Assembly (NCBI GenBank): GCA_963674595.2
Contig: CAXXFV010000016.1
Span: 128,001-192,000, forward strand
DNA from: a bacterium
GTDB taxonomy: Bacteria > Zhuqueibacterota > Zhuqueibacteria > Residuimicrobiales > Krinioviventaceae
Reading direction: 5' to 3'
Length of the DNA: 64,000 nucleotides
The notes beneath the pieces were generated by a model. That model was not told the origin of the DNA, did not search any database, and was given only the letters and a program-made list of their open reading frames with translations. This document shows, one piece after another, positions 50,801 to 60,237 of the stretch. Made by a program: the position numbers and the translations under genes. Each line of letters opens with the position of its first letter. Position 1 is the first letter of the stretch.

Positions 50801-53800
50801 GCCGGCTGTTCCGGCGGCGGTTTTGTCATGTTACCGAAATTTTTAGGAGGAACCGGTGCCGTCCAGTCAAGTGTTTCCCTTAGTTCCGCAGGTAATTACT
50901 CGGCCTGGATGCGGATTAAAAATGTTAGTGATGGTTCTTTTATAAAAATTCAAATAGATAATCAATCTGAAAAGACGATAGACTTGTCGTCGAATGGCGA
51001 CTGGCAATGGCTGAATGCATCTGTTAGCGGACAGCGTTTATTCTGGAATTTACAGTCTGGCATTCACTCTGTAAAAATAACAACAAATAGTGTAAATTTA
51101 CAGATTGATAAATTATTAATAACATCGGATGATGCCTATGTTCCCGATGGCTTGGGCACGGAAGCCGGTATTTTACCTCATCTCTCTGACCGTGACGGAT
51201 TGTCAAAACGTTATATTCAATTCGGTCAGCAGGCGGGTCCTGTTGTTATTGAGGCTGTTTTAGAATATAACGGTGCTTCTGTAAACGGAAGTCCTGTTCA
51301 ATTTGATGCACGTTCTCTGGCTGACAAAGCTTCAACTATTGTTAAACAAAGTGGTGACATGCAAATTGGCATAATCGGTGAACCTTTAACGGATCCCCTG
51401 GTTGTTGCCGCTGTTGATGGGTTCCAAAACCCTGTTTTTAATAAGAGAATTAATTTTTCCGTGGTATCCGGCGGAGGTACATTAAATCCTGATGGTTTTG
51501 TTTTTACCGATTCTACCGGTTTGGCACAGACTTATTATACACCCGGTGATATGAACAGTGCCCAGGTTATTAAAGCCGAAGCGGATTCCGTAACCGGTTC
51601 ACCGCTTACGTTCAACGTCATGGTCCAGGGAATCGCTTCAAAACTGACCTATGTTTCGGGCGACAGTCAGGAAACAAAAGTCATGACGGTTTTACCTGCA
51701 CCCGTAAGAGTAAAAATAGTGACCGATGAAAATGAACCGGTTGTTAATTATCCTGTTCAGTTTAATGTGACAGATCCGGGAGCCGGACTGTTGGAGCAAT
51801 CGCCTGCGCAAAATAAAAAGATTGCAGGTATATCGATTGATAATGTTCAAAGCGAAAACGATACGAACCTGGTCGTACCGACCAATTCTCAGGGGATTGC
51901 TGAAATTTATTGGCAGCTTGGGCAATATTCCGGTGAACAGCATATCAATATCGTGGCGGACCTTTTAAACGGATCGCCCATGTCTTTAAAAGCCGTTGCC
52001 CTTGCCTCGGACCCGGCCCTGCTGATGCCGATATCCGGTAATCAACAGCAGGCGGTTATTAATACGGAACTGGAAAATCCTTTCAAGGTAAGGCTGCTGG
52101 ATGAATATGGAAACAGTGTGCCTGATTATGATATAAAATTTGAATCCAAACAGGGCGGCGGACTGTTAAGCGGGGAAAATAGTATTACACTTCCTTCGGA
52201 TGAAAACGGAGAGGCTTTTGCTGTTTTGACACTTGGAACGCTGGCCGGAAAAAACGCCTATCTGGTTGAAGCGTCAGCGGTCCTGGACCAGACTGCCGTA
52301 CCTGGTTCTCCGGTACAATTTTATGCAACCGGTTTACCCGGTCAGGCGAAATATGCTGCAATTTTAAACGGAAATGCTCAATCAGATACAGTCAATCAAA
52401 CTTTACCCATACCTCTTCAGGTTAAAATAACGGATGAATATGAAAATGTCGTCCCCGGTTTTGATGTTGTTTTTCGAATAAATCAGGGAGACGGCCGCTT
52501 TGGTTCTGTTCAGGAGAAAACCGTTGCCACCGGTGAGAACGGTGTCGCTCAGGTTTTGTGGACGTTGGGCGTTAAAGTTGGTACTAATAATGCTTATGCT
52601 TTGTGTGACGGATTGATACCTAATTCATTGTTCTTTACAGCAAAAGGCAAAACAGGTATTCCCTTTAAACAAATATATATTGACGGAAATGATCAGTCGG
52701 GTCTTCAGGATATACAACTGTCAATTCCATTTCAGGTCCAGGTGACAGATTCTTTTGAAAATCCTGTTAAAAACCATCAGGTCCTTTATACGTTGAAGGA
52801 AGGAGGAGGCAATTTTAACGGAGAGAGCGATATATACGCCTTGACGGACAGTATTGGTGTTGCGCGTGCCTCGTTGACCCTGGGCAGCACCATTGGCGAT
52901 TCCAACCATGTTGTTTGGGCGCAAAGTTCTTTTAATGAAAAAGAACTGGAAAACAGTCCGATTGTTTTTTATGCCAGTGTTATTCACGGCATCCCTCATC
53001 GTTTGATACCTGTTTCAGTCGTCTCCGGTCTGTCGGGCGCCGTAAATAGCGAACTTCCGGACCCAATCGTTGTTAAGGTTGTTGGTCAGGAAAATCAACC
53101 CATTCCGGTGTTTCCTGTGGTGTTTCAGGTGACCGGCGGCGGAGGCCATTTCGCTGAAAATGATCAGGCAAGCCTTACGGTTTTAACAGATTATGATGGA
53201 CTCGCTTCTGCAAGATGGGTTTTGGGAAATGAATCTCTGCAAAATATTAGTGTGAACGCTGTTTACCAGCAACAAAATCTCATCGGTTCACCTTTACAGA
53301 TAAATGCCGTTGCTATTGTTACCCAGGCGAAATCAATTGTTGCTTCTTCTGAAATCAACCTTACAGGCAAAGCCGGACAGCCATTGTCCGCACCGTTGGC
53401 TGTGCGAACTGATGATGAATTTGGATTTCCGGTTTCCGGGCATCCTGTAACTTTTAGAATAGAACAGGGCAGCAGTTATTTTACAGAATCATCGGGTTCT
53501 GTGCTGAATGTAAATAGCGATAATCAGGGTTTGGCACAGGCAGCGTTGACGCTTGGTGGTGAGGTTGGTGAAAATACTCAAATTGTTCATGCCAAAGCCT
53601 ATGACCAAACAAATCAACTTTTGACCGGTGCACCGATTATTTTCTCTATAACAGTTGAACCGGGTTTGCCGGATGTCGAAAACACACAGGTTTCTGCCTT
53701 TTCTCCGGTTCCGGCGCGGGAAGACGTTTTTTCAACTGTAACGATAACTGTAATAGACAGTTTCGGCAATAAAATACCTGATCAACAAATTGAGTTATTG

Positions 53801-56320
53801 GCAGAAGGATTGCCTGTTGTTTTTGATCCGCAAAATGGTACGACTGATCAGAACGGAATTTTTACGTCCAACGTTACTTCTACACAATCCGGAGAAGTGC
53901 AAATTTCCGCCAGGGATGTGGCGAGTCAGCAGATTTTCACACAAAAAGCAACTATTCAATTTATAGAAACTCTGGCCAGTGCTGTGCAAATAATGGGCAG
54001 CCAAAACAGACTGGTTAATTTAAATTCATCTACCGGTGACCCCATATCTGTTCAGGTTGTCAATTCCGAAAACGCACCGGTTGCCAACTATCCCGTTTTT
54101 TTTACGGCACAAAGTGACAGTGTGTCAATTCCCGGAACCATGCCCTTATTTACGGATGAACAGGGCGTGGCACATACAGATATATTCGGCGGTGAAAAAA
54201 TTGGCAAAGCTTTGGTAAATGCAACTGCACCCGGTTTGCAAAACTCGCCCCTGACTTTTAGCGTTACAATTCAACAGCCTGAAAACGTTTCAATTTCAAC
54301 CGTTGGTGATGGTGTTTTTACCGGAGCGGTAAATACACTCCTGGATAGTTTGGAAATTAAAACACATGATCAGGATGGACGTGCTGTCGGACAAATTTCT
54401 GTTACTTTTCAGAATTTAAATACATTGTCGCTTGCTTTGGATTCTACAGGTGTTGTAACCAATGCCTATGGTAAAGCGAAAACCAGCGCCAGGTTAAAGG
54501 AAATTGCGGGCCAGGCACAAGTCACTGCTAAAATTAATGGAACATCCGAACAAACTCTTATCCTTGTAACTGTTTTACCTGATGCCCCTGAAGAGATACT
54601 AAAAATTTCAGGCGACCAACAAACCGGGTCCGTGGGTGATACAATGGATATACCTCTTAAAATTAAAGTTGTTGATCAGTTTGGAAACAGTGTTTCTCAA
54701 ATTCCTGTCTCTTTTAGTGTTTTACAGGGAGACGGAGAAATAATAGGCGATGTTGATCAGGTAACCGAAGAATCAGGAACTGCATTTGTTCAATATAAAT
54801 GCGGCAATACTCCGGGAACACATCAAATCAAGGTAGAATCCACTGCATTTGAGCATGATGAAACCATCTTTACAGTAAACGTTGTATCTGCCAATGCAAG
54901 CAAGATGGCAAAGCACGACGGTGATGAACAGGTAGGTGTTGTCAACCATCTTTTGAATCAACAGTTGCAGGTTCTTATAACGGATGACTTTGATAATCCT
55001 GTGGCTGATTATGAAGTTAGTTTTAATGCATCGCAAGGAACTTTGACGCCGGGTTCTCAGGTTTTAACGGATGAGAATGGTATCGCCGCTGTTCAATGGA
55101 AATTGGGTGAAGAAACAGGCCAACAGTATGTTTATGTTGTTAACTATGCTTTGCAACCTGCCTATTTGACTTTTTCCGCGACTGCTATTGAAAATCAGGC
55201 TCCAAGAATTTCCGCACCGGATAGTGTTTCAGTAAATGAAAAAGAGTTGTTACAGTTTGTTGTGACGGCAACCGATCCGGAAAACGATACTGTTACCGTT
55301 CGTGCTGTTGATCTTCCGCAAGGTGTTTCCTTTGATTCATTGGAAACCGGGACTGTTACCTGGACGCCCGATTATGATCAGGCTGGTGTTTATTATTTCA
55401 GGTTTATCGCTACAGACCAAACCGGTGCTTTTGTATCAAAAAACGTCAAAGTCAATGTTGCCAATGTCAACCGCAAACCCGTAATTATTGAAGATGAAAC
55501 AATTCCGGAGGATCGGAATTTGCCGGCACTGCAAATACCGGAAACCAAAAGATTTTATGTTGCGGCAAATGATGACGATGGTGATCCTTTACAATATATA
55601 TGGAACGTAAACGGAACCTTGTCCGGCACAGGTCCTGAATTTATTTTACAGTCTCAGCTAATGCAAACCGGAAATACCCTTGTTACAGCCGTTGTCTTTG
55701 ATCAACAAGATTCCGTAAAAACCACATGGCAGTTTGATATTGTTACATCGGTTGAACTTTCATATTTTAGCGGTAATCATCAACCCTTTCAGGGAATACA
55801 GCTTAAATGGGAAACACGTTCGGAACGAAACAATTCCGGTTTTTATATTCTCCGGTCTGTAAATGCGGATGGTGATTTTGAAAGCATTAGTCCGTTAATC
55901 AGCTCAAACAGCTCCGGTAAATATAAATTTGTTGATCAGCAGGTTGAAAACGGTGTTTGTTATTACTATTGTCTGCAAGATGTGCAATTAAATGGAAAAA
56001 AGAATACGCATGAAACTGTTATGATTGACCCGGCTGTTCCCCATGATTTTGCTTTGTTTCAAAATTACCCGAATCCATTCAATCCATCAACAACAATTCG
56101 ATTTCAGGTACCAAAAACTGTTCGTGTGTCATTACAAATTTATAATATTTTAGGTCAGCATGTAAAAACTCTTTCTGATAGAATATATAAAGCCGGATAT
56201 TTTAGTTTGGAATGGGACGGAACGAATAATTTCGAACAAAAAGTCGTTTCAGGCGTATATTATTTAAAAATGGATGCAGACACTTTTCAGGGAACTCAAA
56301 AGTTACTGTTATTAAAATAA
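47900..56320 (+). CDS. Giant secreted multidomain protein: SGNH/GDSL hydrolase, FG-GAP/ASPIC-UnbV propeller, CBM-like domain, about 12 invasin-type Ig repeats, cadherin-like domains, FlgD-Ig/T9SS-like C-terminal domain
   Basis: 'LGDSIT', 'HLGTND', 'DALHP'; six 'DxDxDGDxD'-type repeats; 'GYLSQS..QHFGL'; 'SGxxQ...TDxxGxA' repeats; 'QNYPNPFNPST...WDG...SGVY'. Start may be TTG 47912 (GGAG upstream). Confidence 0.85.
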   Translation: METPLKKLYLVPFLTLCLFTFQLKAAEKSEKKYSVHAYGYSSELVSPAPRADRGIHYENVSFEQNMLKKRSQTDENSNEIVYSFSKGRTLLGRVEVVLSPLVADSDSLKLALVFYNASTDQEKSLDLSSFNDNGYINTEFEGVYASEVTVVVSGVPDDQSNPIQDMNLYEIVLSDRYRIMLLGDSITAGALATDYKGYRHMLYDRLRANNVEVDFVGDFGEAPYEGHFEGGRKIYDFYPQSIGGRARADATWAMNTFRPQMVVIHLGTNDLGDGVNNIIPYDNEEGFSTSVSGRMATLVDYLLDWTTDDGGLEKIVVNLITPIKVSRDSAMNLYTMEVARLVRDFKTGAITGKPEPVYISDVYSHLRGHPDLWSDAWNKLLGDALHPTTRGHQFLTDALYPIVEELVTGQKRKFSNATWDLGIGGLDHLFDFKGVAVADVTDHYGDDIYISRVTGNSDFSEDLFFESKANIPFKENADDYNIEDKKFSQSAIFVDVDNDGDFDLLNGHSPGQNYLYKQSADHTFTNVTSQANIQNYNRYSKALLAFDCENDGDMDLLVINSREQNEFYINQGDGTFELENRGILETNESSITTESASAADFDMDGDVDVYIAKREVANKLFVNDGNGNFTEKASLAGVNLVHKSNGVVWADLDNDADLDLLVSVNDFGSDSNPKLHVYKNQGDGTFQDVTSSVNIPMNAFSPIVADFDNDSDLDIVTTDEVDYGSYYENLGNWQFQKVENTGAEIFGGDVRGASVLDFNQDGNLDFVAARSDVFNIAIENNNDNGNNYIKVSAYGPDGNIGGFGTKIWIFEPGSLGDFQHLLGFREIMSTTGYLSQSSPVQHFGLAGFSQVDILAGFTDGTFLAKRHVNANQTITIEPEVPVLPNLIPDNISLLSGNNISGTVTQQSSEPIVVSVQDADNQPVPGMNVEFEIVSGDAQIITPLNSSQNIWVECESAELSGNMRWVYDAGCSGGGFVMLPKFLGGTGAVQSSVSLSSAGNYSAWMRIKNVSDGSFIKIQIDNQSEKTIDLSSNGDWQWLNASVSGQRLFWNLQSGIHSVKITTNSVNLQIDKLLITSDDAYVPDGLGTEAGILPHLSDRDGLSKRYIQFGQQAGPVVIEAVLEYNGASVNGSPVQFDARSLADKASTIVKQSGDMQIGIIGEPLTDPLVVAAVDGFQNPVFNKRINFSVVSGGGTLNPDGFVFTDSTGLAQTYYTPGDMNSAQVIKAEADSVTGSPLTFNVMVQGIASKLTYVSGDSQETKVMTVLPAPVRVKIVTDENEPVVNYPVQFNVTDPGAGLLEQSPAQNKKIAGISIDNVQSENDTNLVVPTNSQGIAEIYWQLGQYSGEQHINIVADLLNGSPMSLKAVALASDPALLMPISGNQQQAVINTELENPFKVRLLDEYGNSVPDYDIKFESKQGGGLLSGENSITLPSDENGEAFAVLTLGTLAGKNAYLVEASAVLDQTAVPGSPVQFYATGLPGQAKYAAILNGNAQSDTVNQTLPIPLQVKITDEYENVVPGFDVVFRINQGDGRFGSVQEKTVATGENGVAQVLWTLGVKVGTNNAYALCDGLIPNSLFFTAKGKTGIPFKQIYIDGNDQSGLQDIQLSIPFQVQVTDSFENPVKNHQVLYTLKEGGGNFNGESDIYALTDSIGVARASLTLGSTIGDSNHVVWAQSSFNEKELENSPIVFYASVIHGIPHRLIPVSVVSGLSGAVNSELPDPIVVKVVGQENQPIPVFPVVFQVTGGGGHFAENDQASLTVLTDYDGLASARWVLGNESLQNISVNAVYQQQNLIGSPLQINAVAIVTQAKSIVASSEINLTGKAGQPLSAPLAVRTDDEFGFPVSGHPVTFRIEQGSSYFTESSGSVLNVNSDNQGLAQAALTLGGEVGENTQIVHAKAYDQTNQLLTGAPIIFSITVEPGLPDVENTQVSAFSPVPAREDVFSTVTITVIDSFGNKIPDQQIELLAEGLPVVFDPQNGTTDQNGIFTSNVTSTQSGEVQISARDVASQQIFTQKATIQFIETLASAVQIMGSQNRLVNLNSSTGDPISVQVVNSENAPVANYPVFFTAQSDSVSIPGTMPLFTDEQGVAHTDIFGGEKIGKALVNATAPGLQNSPLTFSVTIQQPENVSISTVGDGVFTGAVNTLLDSLEIKTHDQDGRAVGQISVTFQNLNTLSLALDSTGVVTNAYGKAKTSARLKEIAGQAQVTAKINGTSEQTLILVTVLPDAPEEILKISGDQQTGSVGDTMDIPLKIKVVDQFGNSVSQIPVSFSVLQGDGEIIGDVDQVTEESGTAFVQYKCGNTPGTHQIKVESTAFEHDETIFTVNVVSANASKMAKHDGDEQVGVVNHLLNQQLQVLITDDFDNPVADYEVSFNASQGTLTPGSQVLTDENGIAAVQWKLGEETGQQYVYVVNYALQPAYLTFSATAIENQAPRISAPDSVSVNEKELLQFVVTATDPENDTVTVRAVDLPQGVSFDSLETGTVTWTPDYDQAGVYYFRFIATDQTGAFVSKNVKVNVANVNRKPVIIEDETIPEDRNLPALQIPETKRFYVAANDDDGDPLQYIWNVNGTLSGTGPEFILQSQLMQTGNTLVTAVVFDQQDSVKTTWQFDIVTSVELSYFSGNHQPFQGIQLKWETRSERNNSGFYILRSVNADGDFESISPLISSNSSGKYKFVDQQVENGVCYYYCLQDVQLNGKKNTHETVMIDPAVPHDFALFQNYPNPFNPSTTIRFQVPKTVRVSLQIYNILGQHVKTLSDRIYKAGYFSLEWDGTNNFEQKVVSGVYYLKMDADTFQGTQKLLLLK

Positions 56321-56341
56321 GGAAATGAAAATGGAGGCAGA

Positions 56342-57478
56342 ATGAACAAAGCGATTCGTTTTTGGGTATGGTGTGTTTTAATCCTGTTAATTCCGGTATT
56401 GTCTTTTGCCGGATACCCGGTACGTGAACAAGTTGTATTTCCCGATATTATGGGCTACAAGTTGTTAAAATGTGATTTTCATGCACACACAATTTTTTCA
56501 GATGGTCAAGTCTGGCCGACTGTTCGCATTGAAGAGGCGTGGCAAAACGGCCTGGATGTTTTTACTTTTACGGAACATGTCGAGTATCAACGTTTTAAAG
56601 ATTATATTAAAAATGATTTGAATGCGTCCTACAATCTTTCAAAATCTACGGCTGATCAGGCAGGGCTAATACTTATCCGAGGGGCTGAAATTACAAGAGA
56701 TATGCCGCCGGGACACATAAATGCCATATTTTTAAAAGATGCTGAATTGCTTCGAAAAGATGAATGGCGTGATGCTATCAAAGAAGCTCATGAACAGGGT
56801 GCATTTATTTTTTGGAACCATCCGAGCTGGACGGGCCAGCAACCAGACGGTATTGCCAAATGGTACCCGGAGCATACAGAACTTTATGAAAACGGTTATA
56901 TGAATGGGATCGAAGTTTTTAATTCGTTAACCTATTCTCCCAATGCTCATAAATGGGCTTTGGAAAAAAATCTGACAATGTTGGGAAATTCTGATATTCA
57001 TCCTCCAATCAGTCTTCGTTTTGATCCCAAACTCGGTGAGCACAGACCCATGACACTGGTTATGGTCAAAGATAAATCCGTTGAAGGAATAAAAGAAGCT
57101 TTATTTGCCGGACGAACGATCGTTTATTTTGAAGATACATTGGTCGGTAAAGAAGAATACCTTAAAGCAATGTTTGAAAATTCCATTGATATACTGCAAA
57201 CAGAGTTTCAAGCAAAAAACAAAAAGCGTATCTATGTCCCAATAAGAAATAACTCATCTGTTGATATTAAACTGGTATTGCGTGAACAATGCGAAAAAGG
57301 TGATGCTCCTAAAAAAATTACCTTATACGCTGGTAAAACCGGTATCATGCCGGTTAAAGTTATAACTCAGGATAAAGGCAAACAGACAATTCAATTGCCA
57401 TACATTGTCGAAAATTATAAAGTTTTACCGGACCAGGGTTTACCGGTTGATTTAACAGTTGATGTGACAGTTGAATAA
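56342..57478 (+). CDS. Exported PHP-domain metallophosphoesterase
   Basis: Signal peptide; 'CDFHAHTIFSDG', 'TEH', 'GHINA', 'NHP', 'NSDIH'. Confidence 0.85.
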   Translation: MNKAIRFWVWCVLILLIPVLSFAGYPVREQVVFPDIMGYKLLKCDFHAHTIFSDGQVWPTVRIEEAWQNGLDVFTFTEHVEYQRFKDYIKNDLNASYNLSKSTADQAGLILIRGAEITRDMPPGHINAIFLKDAELLRKDEWRDAIKEAHEQGAFIFWNHPSWTGQQPDGIAKWYPEHTELYENGYMNGIEVFNSLTYSPNAHKWALEKNLTMLGNSDIHPPISLRFDPKLGEHRPMTLVMVKDKSVEGIKEALFAGRTIVYFEDTLVGKEEYLKAMFENSIDILQTEFQAKNKKRIYVPIRNNSSVDIKLVLREQCEKGDAPKKITLYAGKTGIMPVKVITQDKGKQTIQLPYIVENYKVLPDQGLPVDLTVDVTVE

Positions 57479-57512
57479 TTACGTTCATTACTTAGCAATT
57501 TTGGAGATTGTA

Positions 57513-58019
57513 ATGCAGCATGTGCAGTTTATAAAAGATGAGCACGTTGATGAGGAAATGAACAAAAACTTGATTTCTATTTTGTCTACATGTTTTCCGC
57601 ATGAGCCAACCTTCCGGACACAGAGATTTTTTAAAGAAATGCCCCGGTACCGGTGGATAGTTAATGATGGTTCAAAAATCGTTGCACATGCTGCTATGCA
57701 TGACAAGATTGTTAAAACAGATATTCGAGATATTAGAATATGCGGCGTCGCCGAAGTTTGTGTCCATCCCGAATACCGTGGCCAGGGGCTGGTTCGAAAA
57801 TTACTGGTAAAAATGCATGATTTTGCAAAGGAGCAGGGTATTGAATATTCGGTTTTATTCGGTGATGCCAAAGTATATGCGTCAAGCGGGTATGCCAAGG
57901 TGGATAATATCTATAGCATTTTGGCGCCTGAAACATCAGAACCGTCAGCTATGGTTTGCCTGTTGAGCACATCTCCATGGCCGACGGCTAAAGTTCTTGT
58001 GCAGGGACCGTTGTTTTAA
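57513..58019 (+). CDS. GNAT-family N-acetyltransferase
   Basis: 'VCVHPEYRGQGL' acetyl-CoA motif, 'YASSGY'; ATG 57513 after GGAG. Confidence 0.85.
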   Translation: MQHVQFIKDEHVDEEMNKNLISILSTCFPHEPTFRTQRFFKEMPRYRWIVNDGSKIVAHAAMHDKIVKTDIRDIRICGVAEVCVHPEYRGQGLVRKLLVKMHDFAKEQGIEYSVLFGDAKVYASSGYAKVDNIYSILAPETSEPSAMVCLLSTSPWPTAKVLVQGPLF

Positions 58020-58076
58020 TCAGGTTTTCTAATGTCATAGTTACTGAAATGCTTGGGTGATAATAAAAAGATTAAA

Positions 58077-58886
58077 ATGAAATCGCATATATTAAAAAAA
58101 ATACTAGTATTTTTTAGTTTTTTTGCCCTTATGCAGATAAATTGCCAGGATATATGTTCGAATAAAATTGTCAATACACTATTCTCCTCAAATAAGGAAT
58201 ATAAAGCGGTTGTCTTTAGAAGAGATTTTGGAGCGACGACTGGGTTCAGTACTGAAATTTCTATTATAAAATCCGATCAAAAACTTGAAAATAATGGGGG
58301 TAATATATTCATTGCCGATACAGACAGTGGTAACGCTCCATCTGCTTATTGGGGAGGCCCCGATGTCCTTGTTAAATGGCAGAATAATGATCTTTTAATC
58401 AAATATGATTCAAGAGCATACGTCTATCTCGATAAAGCTGTTTACAAAGATATTAAAATAAAATATGATATAATTAAATTTGACAAACAATATGATGATT
58501 TTTTAAGCACTCTTTTATCAGATAAGAATATTACCGATTTAAACAGTAATAAAATAAATGAAATTCTTTCGAGTATTAAAAATATGATGGTAACACATCG
58601 TTATATCATTCTTGAAAATGGATCTGGGAATATCTATAAATTTGCAGAAAATATTCTTAAATCAGACTTGCCGGATACGCTAAAATTAGACTATTATTTA
58701 AATATTCAACCACTATATCCAAACAATGCTGAGATGGGGAGTGTTTTAGGATATGATATAATAAAACAATATTTAAAATACAAAACTGAGCCGATTAATG
58801 AAATGTTGGCTTCAATTAAAAATGAAAGTAGAAAAAGAAGAATTAAATCAGCGTTATTAGATGCAGACTTGATAATCGAAGAATGA
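58077..58886 (+). CDS. Hypothetical exported protein with a DUF5412-like N-terminal region
   Basis: Signal/TM segment; 'AVVFRRDFGATTGFSTEISI...VKW'; markedly AT-rich. Confidence 0.6.
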   Translation: MKSHILKKILVFFSFFALMQINCQDICSNKIVNTLFSSNKEYKAVVFRRDFGATTGFSTEISIIKSDQKLENNGGNIFIADTDSGNAPSAYWGGPDVLVKWQNNDLLIKYDSRAYVYLDKAVYKDIKIKYDIIKFDKQYDDFLSTLLSDKNITDLNSNKINEILSSIKNMMVTHRYIILENGSGNIYKFAENILKSDLPDTLKLDYYLNIQPLYPNNAEMGSVLGYDIIKQYLKYKTEPINEMLASIKNESRKRRIKSALLDADLIIEE

Positions 58887-59065
58887 CACTAAAAAATTTA
58901 TGATCATTTCGGCTTTTAGTGTGCCATGAGAGAGTATTTACCCCATGATATTGTTGCTTTTACGGTCAACAAGCAAATGTATAAACAGCTATGTGAATTA
59001 GATGAAACGAGTTTTCTTTATAAACATTTTTGGAAAAGACTACAAAAGGCCAGAAAAGTTTAAAT

Positions 59066-59097
59066 AAAAAAAGGACCATTAGATGGTCCCTTTTTTT
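59066..59097. terminator. Bidirectional intrinsic terminator between convergent genes
   Basis: A7-GGACCAT-TAG-ATGGTCC-C-T7. Confidence 0.75.
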
Positions 59098-59113
59098 ATA
59101 AAATCTTTTAGAA

Positions 59114-60199
59114 TTAATGATGGAATAACCGGATTCCCGTATTAACGAAAGTAATACCATATTGATTGCATAATTCTATAATATCATTATCCCGAATAGA
59201 GCCCATGGGAGAAGCTATATATTTTATACCGAATTTGTGGGCAAATTCGATATTGTCTTTATGCGGAAAAAATCCATCAGAGCATAAACACAGATCGTCA
59301 CATTGCGCCAGGCTGTTTTGTCCCTGGAATAGTTTTGCTCTTTCCTGTTCCAAAATCTGGTCTTTTTCAGTTTTTGATGTTTTTTCGGGGAAGGTAATAT
59401 TTTCAAAAGTTAATAAAGTTTTTTGATACCATTTTTGTGCTTTGGTGATTGCCAGTTCCGTACACAAAATTCTGGATTGCTGACCCGAGCCTATGCCGAT
59501 AACCTGTCCGTCTTTAACAACACAAATGGAATTGGATTGTGTGTATTTTAATGTAATCATGCCGATAACAAGGCTCTGTTTAATTTTATCCGGAATCTGT
59601 TTGTTGGATGTTACGATGTTTGTTAAACAAGAATCGTCCAGTTTAATTGTGTTTCTTTTTTGTCTGATTTTTATTCCAAAAACAGTTCTTTCTTCAATTT
59701 CTTCGGGAACATAATCTTTATTAATTTTTAAAATAACATAATTGCCCTTTTTCTTTGATTTCAAAATATCCAGTGCTTCATCGTCATAGTCCGGGGCTAT
59801 AATGCCGTCAGAAACTTCTGATTTGATAAGCGTTGCGGTTTCCGTATCAACCGTTCGGCTTAATGCTATGAAATCTCCAAAAGAGGCCAGACGGTCAGCG
59901 CCGCGGGCTTTTAAATAAGCGCTTGTCAAGCCCGAAGATATTTCTTTGGTATATAGATATGATTTTTTTTCGTTTGGTAAAAAATCGCAGCCAACGGCCG
60001 CACCGGACGGCGTTACGTGTTTAAATGATGTTGCGGCTATAATGTTTGCATATTCATCCAACTCTTTAACCAGTTGCCAGGCGTTTAATCCATCGAGAAT
60101 GTTGATGATACTTGGGTTGCCATTTAAAATTTTCAGATTGTCATTGTCAATAAATTCAGCAAAATCCTGGTTGGGGTTCATACCATATTTTAACTTCAT
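59114..60199 (-). CDS. Stand-alone AICAR transformylase (C-terminal half of PurH)
   Basis: 'LKYGMNPNQ', 'SFKHVTPSGAAVG', 'SFGDFIALS', 'KYTQSNS', 'GQQSRI', 'SDGFFP', terminal 'RLFHH'. Confidence 0.92.
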   Translation of the reverse strand: MKLKYGMNPNQDFAEFIDNDNLKILNGNPSIINILDGLNAWQLVKELDEYANIIAATSFKHVTPSGAAVGCDFLPNEKKSYLYTKEISSGLTSAYLKARGADRLASFGDFIALSRTVDTETATLIKSEVSDGIIAPDYDDEALDILKSKKKGNYVILKINKDYVPEEIEERTVFGIKIRQKRNTIKLDDSCLTNIVTSNKQIPDKIKQSLVIGMITLKYTQSNSICVVKDGQVIGIGSGQQSRILCTELAITKAQKWYQKTLLTFENITFPEKTSKTEKDQILEQERAKLFQGQNSLAQCDDLCLCSDGFFPHKDNIEFAHKFGIKYIASPMGSIRDNDIIELCNQYGITFVNTGIRLFHH

Positions 60200-60237
60200 T
60201 ATATATCTCCATGTAATTTTATATTAAATTTTTCATT

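Noticed and set aside
50560-55200. Ig-repeat region as a DNA tandem repeat or CRISPR-like array
   Set aside because: The repeats are visible only at protein level and are highly diverged in nucleotide sequence.
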